Source of the DNA: an uncultured Brevinematales bacterium
GTDB lineage: Bacteria; Spirochaetota; Brevinematia; DTOW01
Length of the DNA: 64,000 nucleotides
NCBI GenBank assembly: GCA_964475465.1
Contig: CAYYXA010000027.1
Span: 2,397 to 66,396, forward strand
Direction of reading: 5' to 3'
Position 1 is the first letter of the stretch. Every line of letters starts with the position of its first letter. This document shows positions 1-9,964 of this stretch, piece by piece. Under the pieces are notes generated by a model. That model saw only the letters and a list, made by a program, of their open reading frames with translations. It did no database searches and was not told where the DNA came from. The translations under genes were made by a program, and so were the position numbers.

Positions 1-1048
1 CCTGTTTCCACTCTTCTATTTGCTCTAACCAATCTGCGGTGTCAAGCTTACTAACATGTGGCAATATATCTTTCAAAACCTCCTTAACATCACCAACTAT
101 AGGTATATCCACAACAACATTCTTACTGATGGAAGAAGGATCTATATCTATATGTATCTTAACAGCATTCGGTGCGAAAGTTTCAACCTTTCCAGTAACC
201 CTATCATCAAATCTTGCACCTATTGCTATCAGCAAATCGCAATGGCTAACGGCATAGTTAGCATAAACTGTTCCATGCATTCCTAGCATCCCTAAATACA
301 AAGGATGCCCAGAAGGAACAGCTCCTAGCCCCATCAAAGTAGTAGTAATTGGCGCTTGTAACTTTTCAGCTAGCTCTATAAGTTCCTTCGAAGCATTTGA
401 ATGTATAACTCCTCCACCAGCGTATATGACTGGCCTCTTCGACTTCTTTATAGCCTCAATCGCTTTCTTTATCTGTAATGGATGCCCCTTGTATTGTGGC
501 TTGTAACTCTTCAATTCTATTTTTTCAGGATAATCAAATTCAGTTTCCATAACCTGGACATCTTTAGGCAAATCTATAACAACTGGTCCAGGCCTACCAG
601 TAGTAGCAATGTAATAACCTGTCTTTATAGTCCACGCCAAGTCTTCAACTCTTTTAACCATTCTGTTCCACTTCGTTATAGGCCTGGTAATACCCGTAGT
701 ATCAACCTCTTGGAAAGCATCACTCCCAACCAATGAAGTCGAAACCTGTCCGGTAAAAACTACGATAGGTATAGAATCCATATAAGCACTAGCTATACCA
801 GTAACAGTATTAGTAGCACCAGGACCACTGGTAACCAAAACTGTACCAGGCCTACCACTAGCTCTAGCATAACCATCAGCAGCAAAAGCAGCATTTTGCT
901 CATGCCTAACAAGATACACACTCAAATCCTTTTCTTTGTAAAGTTCGTCAAATATAGGTAAAACAGCACCACCAGGATAACCAAAAATTTTTGTAACACC
1001 TTCCTTTTTCAGAGCCTCTAAGAATATTCTAGCACCCGAATATCTCAT
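1..1048 (-). CDS. ilvB: Acetolactate synthase large subunit (thiamine-diphosphate enzyme), N-terminal part; the gene continues past the window start
   Basis: My translation of the minus strand from the ATG at 1046-1048 gives [37 protein letters not shown]...[28 protein letters not shown], which is typical of the IlvB/AHAS TPP-enzyme N-terminal and central domains. A GGAG ribosome-binding site lies upstream. The ORF is open to the window edge. Confidence 0.8.
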   Translation of the reverse strand, partial: MRYSGARIFLEALKKEGVTKIFGYPGGAVLPIFDELYKEKDLSVYLVRHEQNAAFAADGYARASGRPGTVLVTSGPGATNTVTGIASAYMDSIPIVVFTGQVSTSLVGSDAFQEVDTTGITRPITKWNRMVKRVEDLAWTIKTGYYIATTGRPGPVVIDLPKDVQVMETEFDYPEKIELKSYKPQYKGHPLQIKKAIEAIKKSKRPVIYAGGGVIHSNASKELIELAEKLQAPITTTLMGLGAVPSGHPLYLGMLGMHGTVYANYAVSHCDLLIAIGARFDDRVTGKVETFAPNAVKIHIDIDPSSISKNVVVDIPIVGDVKEVLKDILPHVSKLDTADWLEQIEEWKQ

Positions 1049-1472
1049 ACTGATCTCCTTAATATTTTATTATAGTAATAAAACATCACAAATAAAGTCA
1101 AGAAATATAGATTCTGCCATAAAACTCGCAGAGAACCCAGAATCTGCAAACCAAAGAATTCATCACTTTATTCAGCAATAATTACCTTTATTTAGTAACA
1201 TACACTAAACATTAACCATCCATCATAACCTCTCAAAGGGAGGTAAAGACACTCCTTACTCTCCAAGCACCTAGCTTATAGATACAGGGACTTTAAAGAA
1301 CTTAAATAAGTTCAACTTTGTCGAACCAATAAGCACCGCTATAACTATCAACAAAATACCTAAAAAAGTAACAAATTCATTTTTGATATTTTTCAGCAAT
1401 AGAATCGTTAATCCAATTTGAAATAAATTGTTCATAGTGTTTAAAATTAGTGTCAAAATTCAGGGGTTTTTT

Positions 1473-1832
1473 ATGAGGGTAACTTACGCTGTCTCTTCGA
1501 GAAAGAGAAGAAAAAAGATCTTAAAGGCAGTTAAGGGTCACAGAGGAGCAAGAAGTAGAAGGTATAGAGCCGCAAAAGAATCATTAATGCACGCTCTTCA
1601 ATATGCTTGGGAACACAGAAGACTAAGAAAAAGAGAGTTCAGGAGACTTTGGATAATAAGAATAAACAACGCCGTTAGAGAATATGGGCTAAATTATAGT
1701 CAATTTATCAACCTTCTCAGAAAGAAGAACATTCAAATCAACAGAAAGGCATTATCTAATATGGCAATAGAAGATAAAGAAGCATTTAAAAAATTAGTTG
1801 AATTTGTCAAGGAGGACACAAATGTCAAATAA
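1473..1832 (+). CDS. rplT: 50S ribosomal protein L20
   Basis: [67 protein letters not shown] is the L20 signature. I placed the start at the internal ATG at 1473, which is preceded by AGGGG. Confidence 0.9.
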   Translation: MRVTYAVSSRKRRKKILKAVKGHRGARSRRYRAAKESLMHALQYAWEHRRLRKREFRRLWIIRINNAVREYGLNYSQFINLLRKKNIQINRKALSNMAIEDKEAFKKLVEFVKEDTNVK

Positions 1833-2202
1833 GGTAGTTTCATACATAAAAGAAAAATTTTATGAAGACAAAAATTACCCAGATTTCAGAGTAGGTGACG
1901 TAATAAAAGTTCACCAGAGAATAAAGGAAGAAGGACAAGACAAGGAAAGGATCCAGGTATTCGAAGGAGTAGTTATAGCAATAAGAGGCGAAGGCCCTTT
2001 TAAAACATTCACTGTGAGGAAGGTATCTTACGGCATAGGTGTGGAGAAAATATTCCCCTATTACTCCCCTACAATAGCAAAAATAGAGATAGTACGAAGG
2101 TTTAAAGTCAGAAGGGCTAAGCTATACTACCTAAGAGGGAAAATAGGAAAAGATGCTAAACTTAAAGAATTAAGGCTCGAAAAAGTTGATAGTGGAAAGT
2201 AA
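1822..2202 (+). CDS. rplS: 50S ribosomal protein L19
   Basis: [13 protein letters not shown]...[38 protein letters not shown] is the L19 family. A GGAGG ribosome-binding site lies 6 nt upstream. The gene overlaps the rplT 3' end by 11 nt. Confidence 0.9.
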   Translation: MSNKVVSYIKEKFYEDKNYPDFRVGDVIKVHQRIKEEGQDKERIQVFEGVVIAIRGEGPFKTFTVRKVSYGIGVEKIFPYYSPTIAKIEIVRRFKVRRAKLYYLRGKIGKDAKLKELRLEKVDSGK

Positions 2203-2254
2203 ATTTATTTACAAAATAATATAAAAAAAATTTTTAAGGAGGTGAGAGGGAAAG

Positions 2255-2695
2255 ATGGAAAAGGTAAGTTCTCTTGGGAGGCACTTACTTGTTGAATATT
2301 ACGATTGTGATGTTGACGTTTTGGATAGTGTTGAAACAATAAGGGAAGCTATGTTAAACGCTGCCGAAATGTCTGGAGCTACAATAATTAGCGATACTTT
2401 TCACCACTTTAGTCCTCACGGTGTTAGCGGTGTGGTAGTAATAGCTGAATCACACCTAGCTATACACACCTGGCCCGAACACAAATTTGCAGCTGTTGAT
2501 CTGTTCACATGTGGTGATGATGTTGATCCTTGGGTCGGTTTTTACCATCTAAAAGAAGTGCTAAAATCTAAGTACTTTACTGTAATGGAAATGAGAAGAG
2601 GGTTACTCAGTACAAAAGACGGAAAATTGTTATTCAAGCCCATCTCTTTCGAAAGTTACGAAGATAAAAAGGAAGCTTACGCCAAAGATATATGA
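2255..2695 (+). CDS. speH: S-adenosylmethionine decarboxylase proenzyme (pyruvoyl-dependent, SpeH type)
   Basis: [34 protein letters not shown]...[16 protein letters not shown] contains the ES self-cleavage site and the HTWPE motif of class 1b AdoMetDC. An AAGGAGG ribosome-binding site is present. Confidence 0.85.
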   Translation: MEKVSSLGRHLLVEYYDCDVDVLDSVETIREAMLNAAEMSGATIISDTFHHFSPHGVSGVVVIAESHLAIHTWPEHKFAAVDLFTCGDDVDPWVGFYHLKEVLKSKYFTVMEMRRGLLSTKDGKLLFKPISFESYEDKKEAYAKDI

Positions 2696-2768
2696 CTCAA
2701 TAGCCTTTCTGTAAAACTTAGCAAGATACCACAAAACAAGAGATTAAATTAGCCTATAAATTTCTCTT

Positions 2769-2788
2769 AGAGAGGCATAAGCCTCTCT
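2769..2788. terminator. Bidirectional hairpin terminator between convergent speH and pgsA
   Basis: AGAGAGGC-ATAA-GCCTCTCT forms a perfect 8-bp stem with a 4-nt loop, flanked by T/A-rich sequence. It sits between two convergent stop codons. Confidence 0.55.
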
Positions 2789-2796
2789 GGATTCCT

Positions 2797-3432
2797 TTAG
2801 TTTCCTTTCAATTTCTGGCTTTTCAATCCCTTAGCAAACAAGATTATGTAATCAATTCCTGAAGCAAGGGTAACGATAGTCATTATCAGTATCACAAAGA
2901 ATGGTACATACGTAAAGAAACCAAAAGTCTCTGTTAGGAATTTGAAAGTAAGGTTAGAAGTCACTTGAGATGACACAAAAATCATGTACAGAAATATTAC
3001 AGAAATACCTACAAACTGAATCGTTGTCTTCGTTTTCGCAAAAAACGTAGTAGGAATAGAAAAGCCCAATCTATCAGAAATAGGCTTAAGAATCGTAACC
3101 ATCAAATCCCTAAGAAACATCACAAGTACAGCCCACAAAGGAATATTCAAATATTCTACAAAAGACAAAGTAACCAAAGTACCCAAAACCAATATTTTAT
3201 CTGCTATTGGATCCACTACAAAACCAAACTTTGAGGTACTACCTAACTTTCTAGCAACGATGCCATCAAAAGCATCCGTAAGACTACCAACCAAAAACAA
3301 AACAAAAGCCAAAATAACATTTAAATAACCACCTTTCAGCAGCAAAAGAACAATAAAAGGAAGAACCAAAACTCTAAATAAAGTTATGAAGTTCGGAATT
3401 ATTAACCTAACAAAGTCATGAATACCTTGCAT
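2797..3432 (-). CDS. pgsA: CDP-diacylglycerol--glycerol-3-phosphate 3-phosphatidyltransferase (CDP-alcohol phosphatidyltransferase family)
   Basis: DAFDGIVARKLGSTSKFGFVVDPIADK matches the D-G-x2-A-R-x8-G-x3-D-x3-D CDP-OH phosphatidyltransferase motif. The protein is polytopic membrane. It overlaps the upstream rimO-like gene by 17 nt. Confidence 0.75.
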   Translation of the reverse strand: MQGIHDFVRLIIPNFITLFRVLVLPFIVLLLLKGGYLNVILAFVLFLVGSLTDAFDGIVARKLGSTSKFGFVVDPIADKILVLGTLVTLSFVEYLNIPLWAVLVMFLRDLMVTILKPISDRLGFSIPTTFFAKTKTTIQFVGISVIFLYMIFVSSQVTSNLTFKFLTETFGFFTYVPFFVILIMTIVTLASGIDYIILFAKGLKSQKLKGN

Positions 3433-4750
3433 ACAAATCGTATCCTACTACTTTAACTACTAAAGCATCCACAAAATCTCCCTTTTTCAACTTTTTAGAT
3501 GAAACAAGATGAACAGCTCCATCAACCTCAGGTGAATTATATTCAGTTCTAGCAATATAGTTTCTTTCATCTAGAACTTCGTCAACTATCATCCTTTTTA
3601 TTTTGCCAACTAAAGCTCCCAACTTCCTCTCCGTGATAGGTTGCTGAAATTTAAGTAATTCGATTCTTCTTTTTGCCTTAGACACCTTGCTTACATCATC
3701 TTCTAGGCTAAAGGCATCAGTTCCTTCCTCGTGAGAGTATTCAAAAGCACCAACCCAAGTAAACTCTGCCTCATTCAAAAATTTCTTAAGCTCTCTAAAC
3801 TCTTCTAAAGTCTCCCCCGGGAAACCAACTATAAACGTCGTCCTTATAGCAGCATCTGGTGTATACTTCCTGATATTCTCGATGATTTCTAAGTACCTCC
3901 TTTTATTACCTCCTCTCTTCATCAACCTCAATATCCTGTCACTTACATGCTGTAACGGAATATCATAGTACTTACAAACCTTTTCCATCTCAGAAATAGC
4001 TTTTATCAAATCCTCATTTACCTCCGTAGGATAAAGATAATGCAGTCTTATCCACTCTATGCCTTCGATTTTACTGAGTTCATAAAGAAGTTCTATCAAC
4101 CTAGGTTTACCGTACAAATCCACTCCATAGCTGGTTGTATCCTGAGAAACTAATATTAGTTCCTTTATTCCATTATCAGCCAAAAACTTGGCTTCATCAA
4201 CCAAACTTTGAATAGTCCTACTCCGCTGTTTACCCCTTATAAGCGGAATAGCACAAAAAGAACATGTATGATTACATCCCTCAGAGATTTTCAAGTACTC
4301 AAAAGGGTACTCCTTGTTAAATACCCTTCTATATTCCTTCTCAGCGAAAATTATATCCCTATATTCATCAGAAGTATCCAATACTTTTTTGCCATTGTTA
4401 CCATTGATTAGGTTCAAAGCGGCTAAATAATCTCTAACGCCGAATATATAGTCAATCTCTGGCATCTCTTTAAGTAGTTCTTCTTTGTATCTCTCTGCCA
4501 AACATCCAAAAACAACAATTTTAGGGCTCTTAGCTCCCTTTACTTCTTTGAGTTTGGAAAACGACAAAATGTATTCTATTGACTGTAGTTTTGATTGCTC
4601 TATGAAACCACATGTATTTATAAAAATGTAATCAGCATCCTGGGGTACATCAGTAAGCTCAACACCACTTTGCTTTAGCACAAAAGCCAACCTCTGAGAA
4701 TCAACTATGTTTTTAGCACATCCCAATGTCTCTATATACGCCTTTCTCAT
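3416..4750 (-). CDS. rimO: Radical-SAM methylthiotransferase of the MiaB/RimO family (RimO-like, with C-terminal TRAM domain)
   Basis: The N-terminal MTTase domain is MRKAYIETLGCAKN...FINTCGF. The radical SAM cluster motif is EGCNHTCSFCAIP. A C-terminal TRAM-like domain follows. The RimO versus MiaB assignment is inference from the KISEGC context and the pgsA neighbour. Confidence 0.65.
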   Translation of the reverse strand: MRKAYIETLGCAKNIVDSQRLAFVLKQSGVELTDVPQDADYIFINTCGFIEQSKLQSIEYILSFSKLKEVKGAKSPKIVVFGCLAERYKEELLKEMPEIDYIFGVRDYLAALNLINGNNGKKVLDTSDEYRDIIFAEKEYRRVFNKEYPFEYLKISEGCNHTCSFCAIPLIRGKQRSRTIQSLVDEAKFLADNGIKELILVSQDTTSYGVDLYGKPRLIELLYELSKIEGIEWIRLHYLYPTEVNEDLIKAISEMEKVCKYYDIPLQHVSDRILRLMKRGGNKRRYLEIIENIRKYTPDAAIRTTFIVGFPGETLEEFRELKKFLNEAEFTWVGAFEYSHEEGTDAFSLEDDVSKVSKAKRRIELLKFQQPITERKLGALVGKIKRMIVDEVLDERNYIARTEYNSPEVDGAVHLVSSKKLKKGDFVDALVVKVVGYDLYARYS

Positions 4751-4988
4751 AAATTCTACACAAAAATTATAAATTTAACAAAAGCAAAAAAGAAAAATAA
4801 AGAATTCAGGTGACTATTGTACCCTATACCCTATAGTAACAAGAACCAAGCCATTTAAAAAATCGCTACCAGGCTAAGTGATACTTAGAGTAAAGTGTCA
4901 TAAGCATCTTTAAAAAAATCTTTAATCCCTTAGGAATAAACATTTTCTAACTAATTACACCTCCACAAAACTATTGCTAAACCATTTA

Positions 4989-5717
4989 TTAGCCAAGCAT
5001 TTTGAGAAATTTCTCCTTTGGCAAAAGTAAACTTTTTATATTAGTTTCCTTCCTCAGATCTTCAAATTTAATCGCCTGCTCAACTCTTATTTTGCCTATC
5101 CCTACTCTTCTTAGGTTCTCAAGATACCCACCAACCTGCAAAATCTGGCCCAAATCCCTGGCTATAGATCTTATATAAGTACCCCCTGAACACTCAACAA
5201 ATATAATTGCTGAATCCCCAGTAAAGTCCAAAAGTTTTATTTCGTATATATACACCCTTCTCGGACTTAAAGATTTAAGAGCCCTGTAATAATCCTTTTT
5301 AGCTATTTCGTAAGCTCTTTTGCCACCAACATGTACTGCTGAAAAGGCTGGAGGGACCTGTAGCACCTCCCCCTTAAAGTCATCAAGAGCATTTTTCACC
5401 ATATCATAGGTTAAGTTAAAGTTCTCAACCTTAGATATTACAGCTCCATATACATCATCAGTAGCTCTCACTTCTCCAAACTTTACCTTTGCTATATACG
5501 ATTTTGTAACCCCCCTAATCACATCAAAAAGTTTCGTTGCCTTGCCAACCATTACAATTAGAAGCCCACTAGCGAACTTATCCAATGTTCCCCCATGTCC
5601 AACCTTATTAGGCTTCACAAGCTTCTTGACAAAGTTAACAACGTTAGAAGACAAAACCCCTGAAGGCTTATCAACCAATAGTACCCCTTCTAACTGTTCT
5701 GAAACCATACTATTCAT
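4989..5717 (-). CDS. truB: tRNA pseudouridine(55) synthase
   Basis: LLVDKPSGVLS...HGGTLDKFASGLLIV...YIRSIARDLG are TruB catalytic motifs. Confidence 0.85.
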   Translation of the reverse strand: MNSMVSEQLEGVLLVDKPSGVLSSNVVNFVKKLVKPNKVGHGGTLDKFASGLLIVMVGKATKLFDVIRGVTKSYIAKVKFGEVRATDDVYGAVISKVENFNLTYDMVKNALDDFKGEVLQVPPAFSAVHVGGKRAYEIAKKDYYRALKSLSPRRVYIYEIKLLDFTGDSAIIFVECSGGTYIRSIARDLGQILQVGGYLENLRRVGIGKIRVEQAIKFEDLRKETNIKSLLLPKEKFLKMLG

Positions 5718-5741
5718 CTCTCATCAACATATGGTCTTTTG

Positions 5742-7970
5742 CTAAGATTTCTCAGATTCAGAAGCAGATACCTCTGAGTTATCATCTATTGAACTTTGAG
5801 TATCCTGATAATATTGAACACCACCATCATGCTCGCTGGTTTTAGCCCTACTTTGCTTTGAAAGTAACTCCTTTTCAGCATCTATCCTCGATAAAGCAAC
5901 TCTACCCATAGCATCAACACCTATGACCTTGACAGTTATCTTATCACCCACCTCGAAGAAATCCCTAATATTCTTCACCCTCGTAGTGAAAAGCTTAGAA
6001 ATATGTACCATACCTTCCTTACCAGGCAAAACTTCGACAAAAACACCGTAATCCTCTATCCTGGTTATAGGCCCAGTAATTATATCACCAACCTTAACAC
6101 CTTCGATAATTGACTTTATTATCTGATAAGCCTTATCAACGTCCCCTTCATTAGGTTTAGCTGAAATTGTAATCTTGCCGTCTGGCGAAATGTCTATCTT
6201 CGTATTTGTCTCCTGTATTATTTTCTTTATAATCTTACCTCCAGGACCTATGATTTCAGGTAGTTTCTCAGGATCAGTTTTTATAAACCTTATTCTTGGA
6301 GCATGTTCAGAAAGCTTAACTTCCCTACCTCTTATTTTTTCTTCCATCACATCCAAGATCTTATTTCTCGCTTCCTTAGCAACATAAAGTGCCTCTCTCA
6401 TTATTTTTATCGGCACTCCTTCAATCTTAAGATCCATCTGGAAAGCTGTTATCTTGTCCCTAGTACCAGCAACCTTGAAATCCATATCACCAAATTTATC
6501 TTCGAGACCTTGTATATCAACCAATATTTCATACTTCCCAGTCTTCTCATCAAGAACTATACCCATAGCAATACCTGCAACCAAATCTTTTATTGGAACA
6601 CCAGCATCTATAAGCGAAAGAGAAGCACTACAAACAGTAGCCATAGAAGATGAACCATTAGACTCAAGAATCTCAGAAACAACCCTTATAGTATACGGAA
6701 ATTCCTCTTCTGACGGCAAAACAGCTTCTATTGCTCTTTCTGCTAAGTGCCCATGCCCTATTTCTCTTCGTGAAATAATCCCTAACTTCTTAACCTCACC
6801 GGTTGAAAAAGGTGGGAAGTTATAATGTAGCATAAATCTCTTAACAACTTCTTCCTCTATATCATCAATGAACTGAACATCACCACCGCTACCCAAAGTA
6901 GTTATACCCAAACTCTGCGTCTGCCCTCTTGTAAATATTGCTGAACCATGAGTTCTTGGCAAAACACCAACCTCACACCACATAGGCCTTATCTCTCTAG
7001 GCTTCCTTCCATCAACTCTTATACCCTCTTCTATAACTTGTCTTCTCAATATGTCCCGCTCCATCTCCTCAATATGGAATTGAACTTCTCCCCAATCAAC
7101 AACTTCGTTCACTTTCTCGCCACACACCTCTGCTATTCTAGCCTTTATAGCTTCAACAATGCCATTCATGTTAGCTTCCCTTGTCTTTTTGTCCCTTTCA
7201 TTCATCGCAACCTTCATTTCCTTTTCGTATGACCATATAATATCAAGTATCTCTTTCGGCAACTCTCTTTTCTCAATAACCATCTTCTCCTTTCCAACCT
7301 GCCTAGCTATCTCCTTTTGAAACTCTATAATCTGCCTTATATACTTTTCGGCAATCTCCAAAGCTCCAACCATCACTTCCTCATCAACTCCCTTAGTTCC
7401 ACCCTCAACCATCGTTATACCTCTTTCCGTACCAGCAACAACTATATCAATCAATGACTCATCAATTTGCGCAAAAGTAGGATTAATTATATACTTACCA
7501 TCAATATAACCAACTCTAACAGCACCAACAGGACCATTGAAAGGTATAGACGAAACCATAAGAGCAGTAGAAGAAGCAATAATACTGATAACATCAACAG
7601 GGTTCACCTGATCAGCAGAAAGAACCATCGCAATAACCTGAACTTCCTTTTTAAAACCCCTTGGGAAAAGAGGCCTCAATGGCCTATCTATCAACCTAGA
7701 AACCAAGATTTCCTTATCCGAAAATTTAGCTTCTCTCTTTACATACCCTCCAGGAATCTTACCAGAAGCATAAAACTTCTCTACAAAGTTGACAGTAAGA
7801 GGGACAAAATCAACACCTTCAACTTCATTACCAGAGTTAGCAGTAGCAAAAACAACAGAATCCTCAAATCTTGCAAGAACAGCACCATCAGATTGTTTAG
7901 CTATATGCCCCAACTCAATAGTTAAATTCTTGTCATCGATCTTCATACTGAAAGACTTCTTTTCATACAT
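5742..7970 (-). CDS. pnp: Polynucleotide phosphorylase / polyribonucleotide nucleotidyltransferase
   Basis: 742 aa with two RNase PH domains, a KH domain (IGPGGKIIKKI) and an S1 domain (GDIITGPITRIEDYGVFVEV). The N-terminus matches PNPase. There is no rpsO upstream. Confidence 0.95.
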   Translation of the reverse strand: MYEKKSFSMKIDDKNLTIELGHIAKQSDGAVLARFEDSVVFATANSGNEVEGVDFVPLTVNFVEKFYASGKIPGGYVKREAKFSDKEILVSRLIDRPLRPLFPRGFKKEVQVIAMVLSADQVNPVDVISIIASSTALMVSSIPFNGPVGAVRVGYIDGKYIINPTFAQIDESLIDIVVAGTERGITMVEGGTKGVDEEVMVGALEIAEKYIRQIIEFQKEIARQVGKEKMVIEKRELPKEILDIIWSYEKEMKVAMNERDKKTREANMNGIVEAIKARIAEVCGEKVNEVVDWGEVQFHIEEMERDILRRQVIEEGIRVDGRKPREIRPMWCEVGVLPRTHGSAIFTRGQTQSLGITTLGSGGDVQFIDDIEEEVVKRFMLHYNFPPFSTGEVKKLGIISRREIGHGHLAERAIEAVLPSEEEFPYTIRVVSEILESNGSSSMATVCSASLSLIDAGVPIKDLVAGIAMGIVLDEKTGKYEILVDIQGLEDKFGDMDFKVAGTRDKITAFQMDLKIEGVPIKIMREALYVAKEARNKILDVMEEKIRGREVKLSEHAPRIRFIKTDPEKLPEIIGPGGKIIKKIIQETNTKIDISPDGKITISAKPNEGDVDKAYQIIKSIIEGVKVGDIITGPITRIEDYGVFVEVLPGKEGMVHISKLFTTRVKNIRDFFEVGDKITVKVIGVDAMGRVALSRIDAEKELLSKQSRAKTSEHDGGVQYYQDTQSSIDDNSEVSASESEKS

Positions 7971-8236
7971 ATAAAATCCTCTCCAAATAATTTTTGATTA
8001 TAAAATTATAAATCAAATCAATACCTAATACCAAATTTACCAACCCTTAAAAACTCTTATACCTGAGTAATTTCTACCTATCAACTAAAAGGTATAACTT
8101 TTGCATCCCTACTCACAAAATCCCTAAATAAACTACTAACCAAATTTACCTCAACGAAAAGGAAAGTAGATCTTACATGCCAGATGTACTAATCTTACCC
8201 CTTGCAAGCCAAGTTATCCAAGTATCAAAAGATTGA

Positions 8237-8259
8237 GATGACTACAACGATGAGTCATC
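8237..8259 (-). terminator. Possible terminator hairpin downstream of the 8314..9012 lipoprotein gene
   Basis: GATGACT-N9-AGTCATC forms a 7-bp stem. On the minus strand it is followed by CTCAATCTTTTGAT. Confidence 0.3.
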
Positions 8260-8313
8260 ACTATCAACTCAACTAATCCAAGAAATGTTTGAACTATTTT
8301 TTGAACAATAAAT

Positions 8314-9012
8314 CTAACGTCTTTTTTGATAAAAGAATTTATCAATGAGAATGTACCTATCGTATAAATAAGTTATAGAATCGCTCAAGTACGAAAAAAT
8401 CCTGGAATAGAGATATTGCGGCACATAATCAAAATTTAACTGTCCAACCAAATTCTCATCGTAATAATAGTTAATACCTCTTTCCAAAACCTCAAGCTTG
8501 ATAGAATGGTAAGAATAAGATCCTGAAATATTACTATTGGTAACAATGAGATTAGTGTAAGGCGACTCTATACCATACTCAGCAAAATTTGTATACCCAT
8601 CGTACTTAACCCTAAAAAAGAACTTTACAGAATTACCTGAATTGTGAAGAGTGAAATCAAGAACAGAATTATCATTAGTTTTCAAAAACGAAACAGCGAA
8701 ATCTCCCCTCGAGAACCTATACCTAGAAACCACACCGCCGGAGGAAGAAGTATTGCGAGGAACCACAAAAACCAAGTTACCATTGGAAACAAAAACATTA
8801 TCAGGTTCCAAATACGAAAACAAAAAATACTCATTCAATCTATTCCAATTCGAATCATCAAATGTATTAAACTCGTCAATCAAAAAGTCAGAACTAAAGA
8901 CATCGTACAACTCACTGATCAAAGGTTCCCTAATACACGAACCAAAAAGCAAAAGAAAAGAAAAGCCAAATAGCAAAAAAAACAGTATTTCCCTCTTCTG
9001 CCCAAATAACAT
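8314..9012 (-). CDS. Hypothetical lipoprotein (signal peptide with LFGSC lipobox)
   Basis: N-terminal hydrophobic segment ending in LLLFGSC. The remainder is Asn/Tyr/Ser-rich with no family I recognise. Confidence 0.5.
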   Translation of the reverse strand: MLFGQKREILFFLLFGFSFLLLFGSCIREPLISELYDVFSSDFLIDEFNTFDDSNWNRLNEYFLFSYLEPDNVFVSNGNLVFVVPRNTSSSGGVVSRYRFSRGDFAVSFLKTNDNSVLDFTLHNSGNSVKFFFRVKYDGYTNFAEYGIESPYTNLIVTNSNISGSYSYHSIKLEVLERGINYYYDENLVGQLNFDYVPQYLYSRIFSYLSDSITYLYDRYILIDKFFYQKRR

Positions 9013-9250
9013 CTGGATTTATTATCATACACCAAGCTGTAAAATTTCAATAGAATCTAAGTTAACAAAATCATCTTAAGCAAATGGTAACCTACCTCGA
9101 TTGGTTGAAAATAAGTTCCCCTCTTCAATTTCAAGAGTTTCTAACAGAAAAGCACATAAATAAGTGCTATTTAAGTACTCCACTAACTCTACTTAAGGTA
9201 GAGAACCTTACCTCTCTACCTTATCCAGAGCATCAAAACAAAAATCTATG

Positions 9251-9964
9251 TTATTCCCTTCTTAACTTATTCAACTCTTCGACGAACATTTCCGCCAGTT
9301 TATCCTGAATTCGTTTATCAGAAACAATCACTTCGTTTGGTATAGGACTCAATACTCTCAGCTTAACTTTACGAAAAGGTGTAACGAGAATTTCACCTCT
9401 TCTCATTATGTTAATAGTACCCCAAACAACAACTGGGAGCACATCCAATCCTAACTCTTCAGCCAAAATGACAAATCCTCTTTTGAATCTTTGTACACTG
9501 CCGTCATAAGAACGTGTGCCTTCCGGAAATATAGCAGGGCACCCATCAATAACTCTAGCCTTGTCTCTTATAACAGTAACTGAAGACTTTAACCTCTCTC
9601 TGGGAAGTGCTATGTAACCCATAGCCTTCATAAACTGCCCGATAAAAGGAATGTTAAATACTGATTCCTTAGAAACCCACCTTATCTGTAAAGGTATGTA
9701 AGCAGAAATAGAAATTATGTCAAAGTAACTCTGGTGATTAGCAATAATTATGTACTTCTTTGAAAAATCTATATTCTCCAACCCATCAACTTCAACCTTT
9801 GTGAAAGTAAGCAAAAGAACAATTCTAAAGTACAACTTTTCTACATAATGTGCCAAATCTTTCGAAAAGAAGCTAAAAACGATACCAAGTATTGCCAAGA
9901 AAACCGTTATCGGAATCAAAAATATCAATAACAAAGCTGAATATATAAACTTTATCACTATCAT
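9251..9964 (-). CDS. plsC: 1-acyl-sn-glycerol-3-phosphate acyltransferase
   Basis: NHQSYFD (the HX4D motif) and FPEGTR motifs follow an N-terminal TM anchor. Confidence 0.8.
   Translation of the reverse strand: MIVIKFIYSALLLIFLIPITVFLAILGIVFSFFSKDLAHYVEKLYFRIVLLLTFTKVEVDGLENIDFSKKYIIIANHQSYFDIISISAYIPLQIRWVSKESVFNIPFIGQFMKAMGYIALPRERLKSSVTVIRDKARVIDGCPAIFPEGTRSYDGSVQRFKRGFVILAEELGLDVLPVVVWGTINIMRRGEILVTPFRKVKLRVLSPIPNEVIVSDKRIQDKLAEMFVEELNKLRRE

Noticed and set aside
6175-7974. Six plus-strand ORFs of 61-152 aa (6175, 6303, 6454, 6948, 7467, 7789) inside pnp
   Set aside because: They lie antisense to a high-confidence 742-aa PNPase gene. Their composition is low-complexity (Ser/Asn/Ile-rich), consistent with AT-rich antisense frames. 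No ribosome-binding sites.
8644-9079. Plus-strand ORFs 8644..8973 and 8651..9079 overlapping the lipoprotein gene
   Set aside because: They lie antisense to a signal-peptide ORF with a better ribosome-binding site. Lys/Arg-rich low-complexity translations are typical of the antisense frame.
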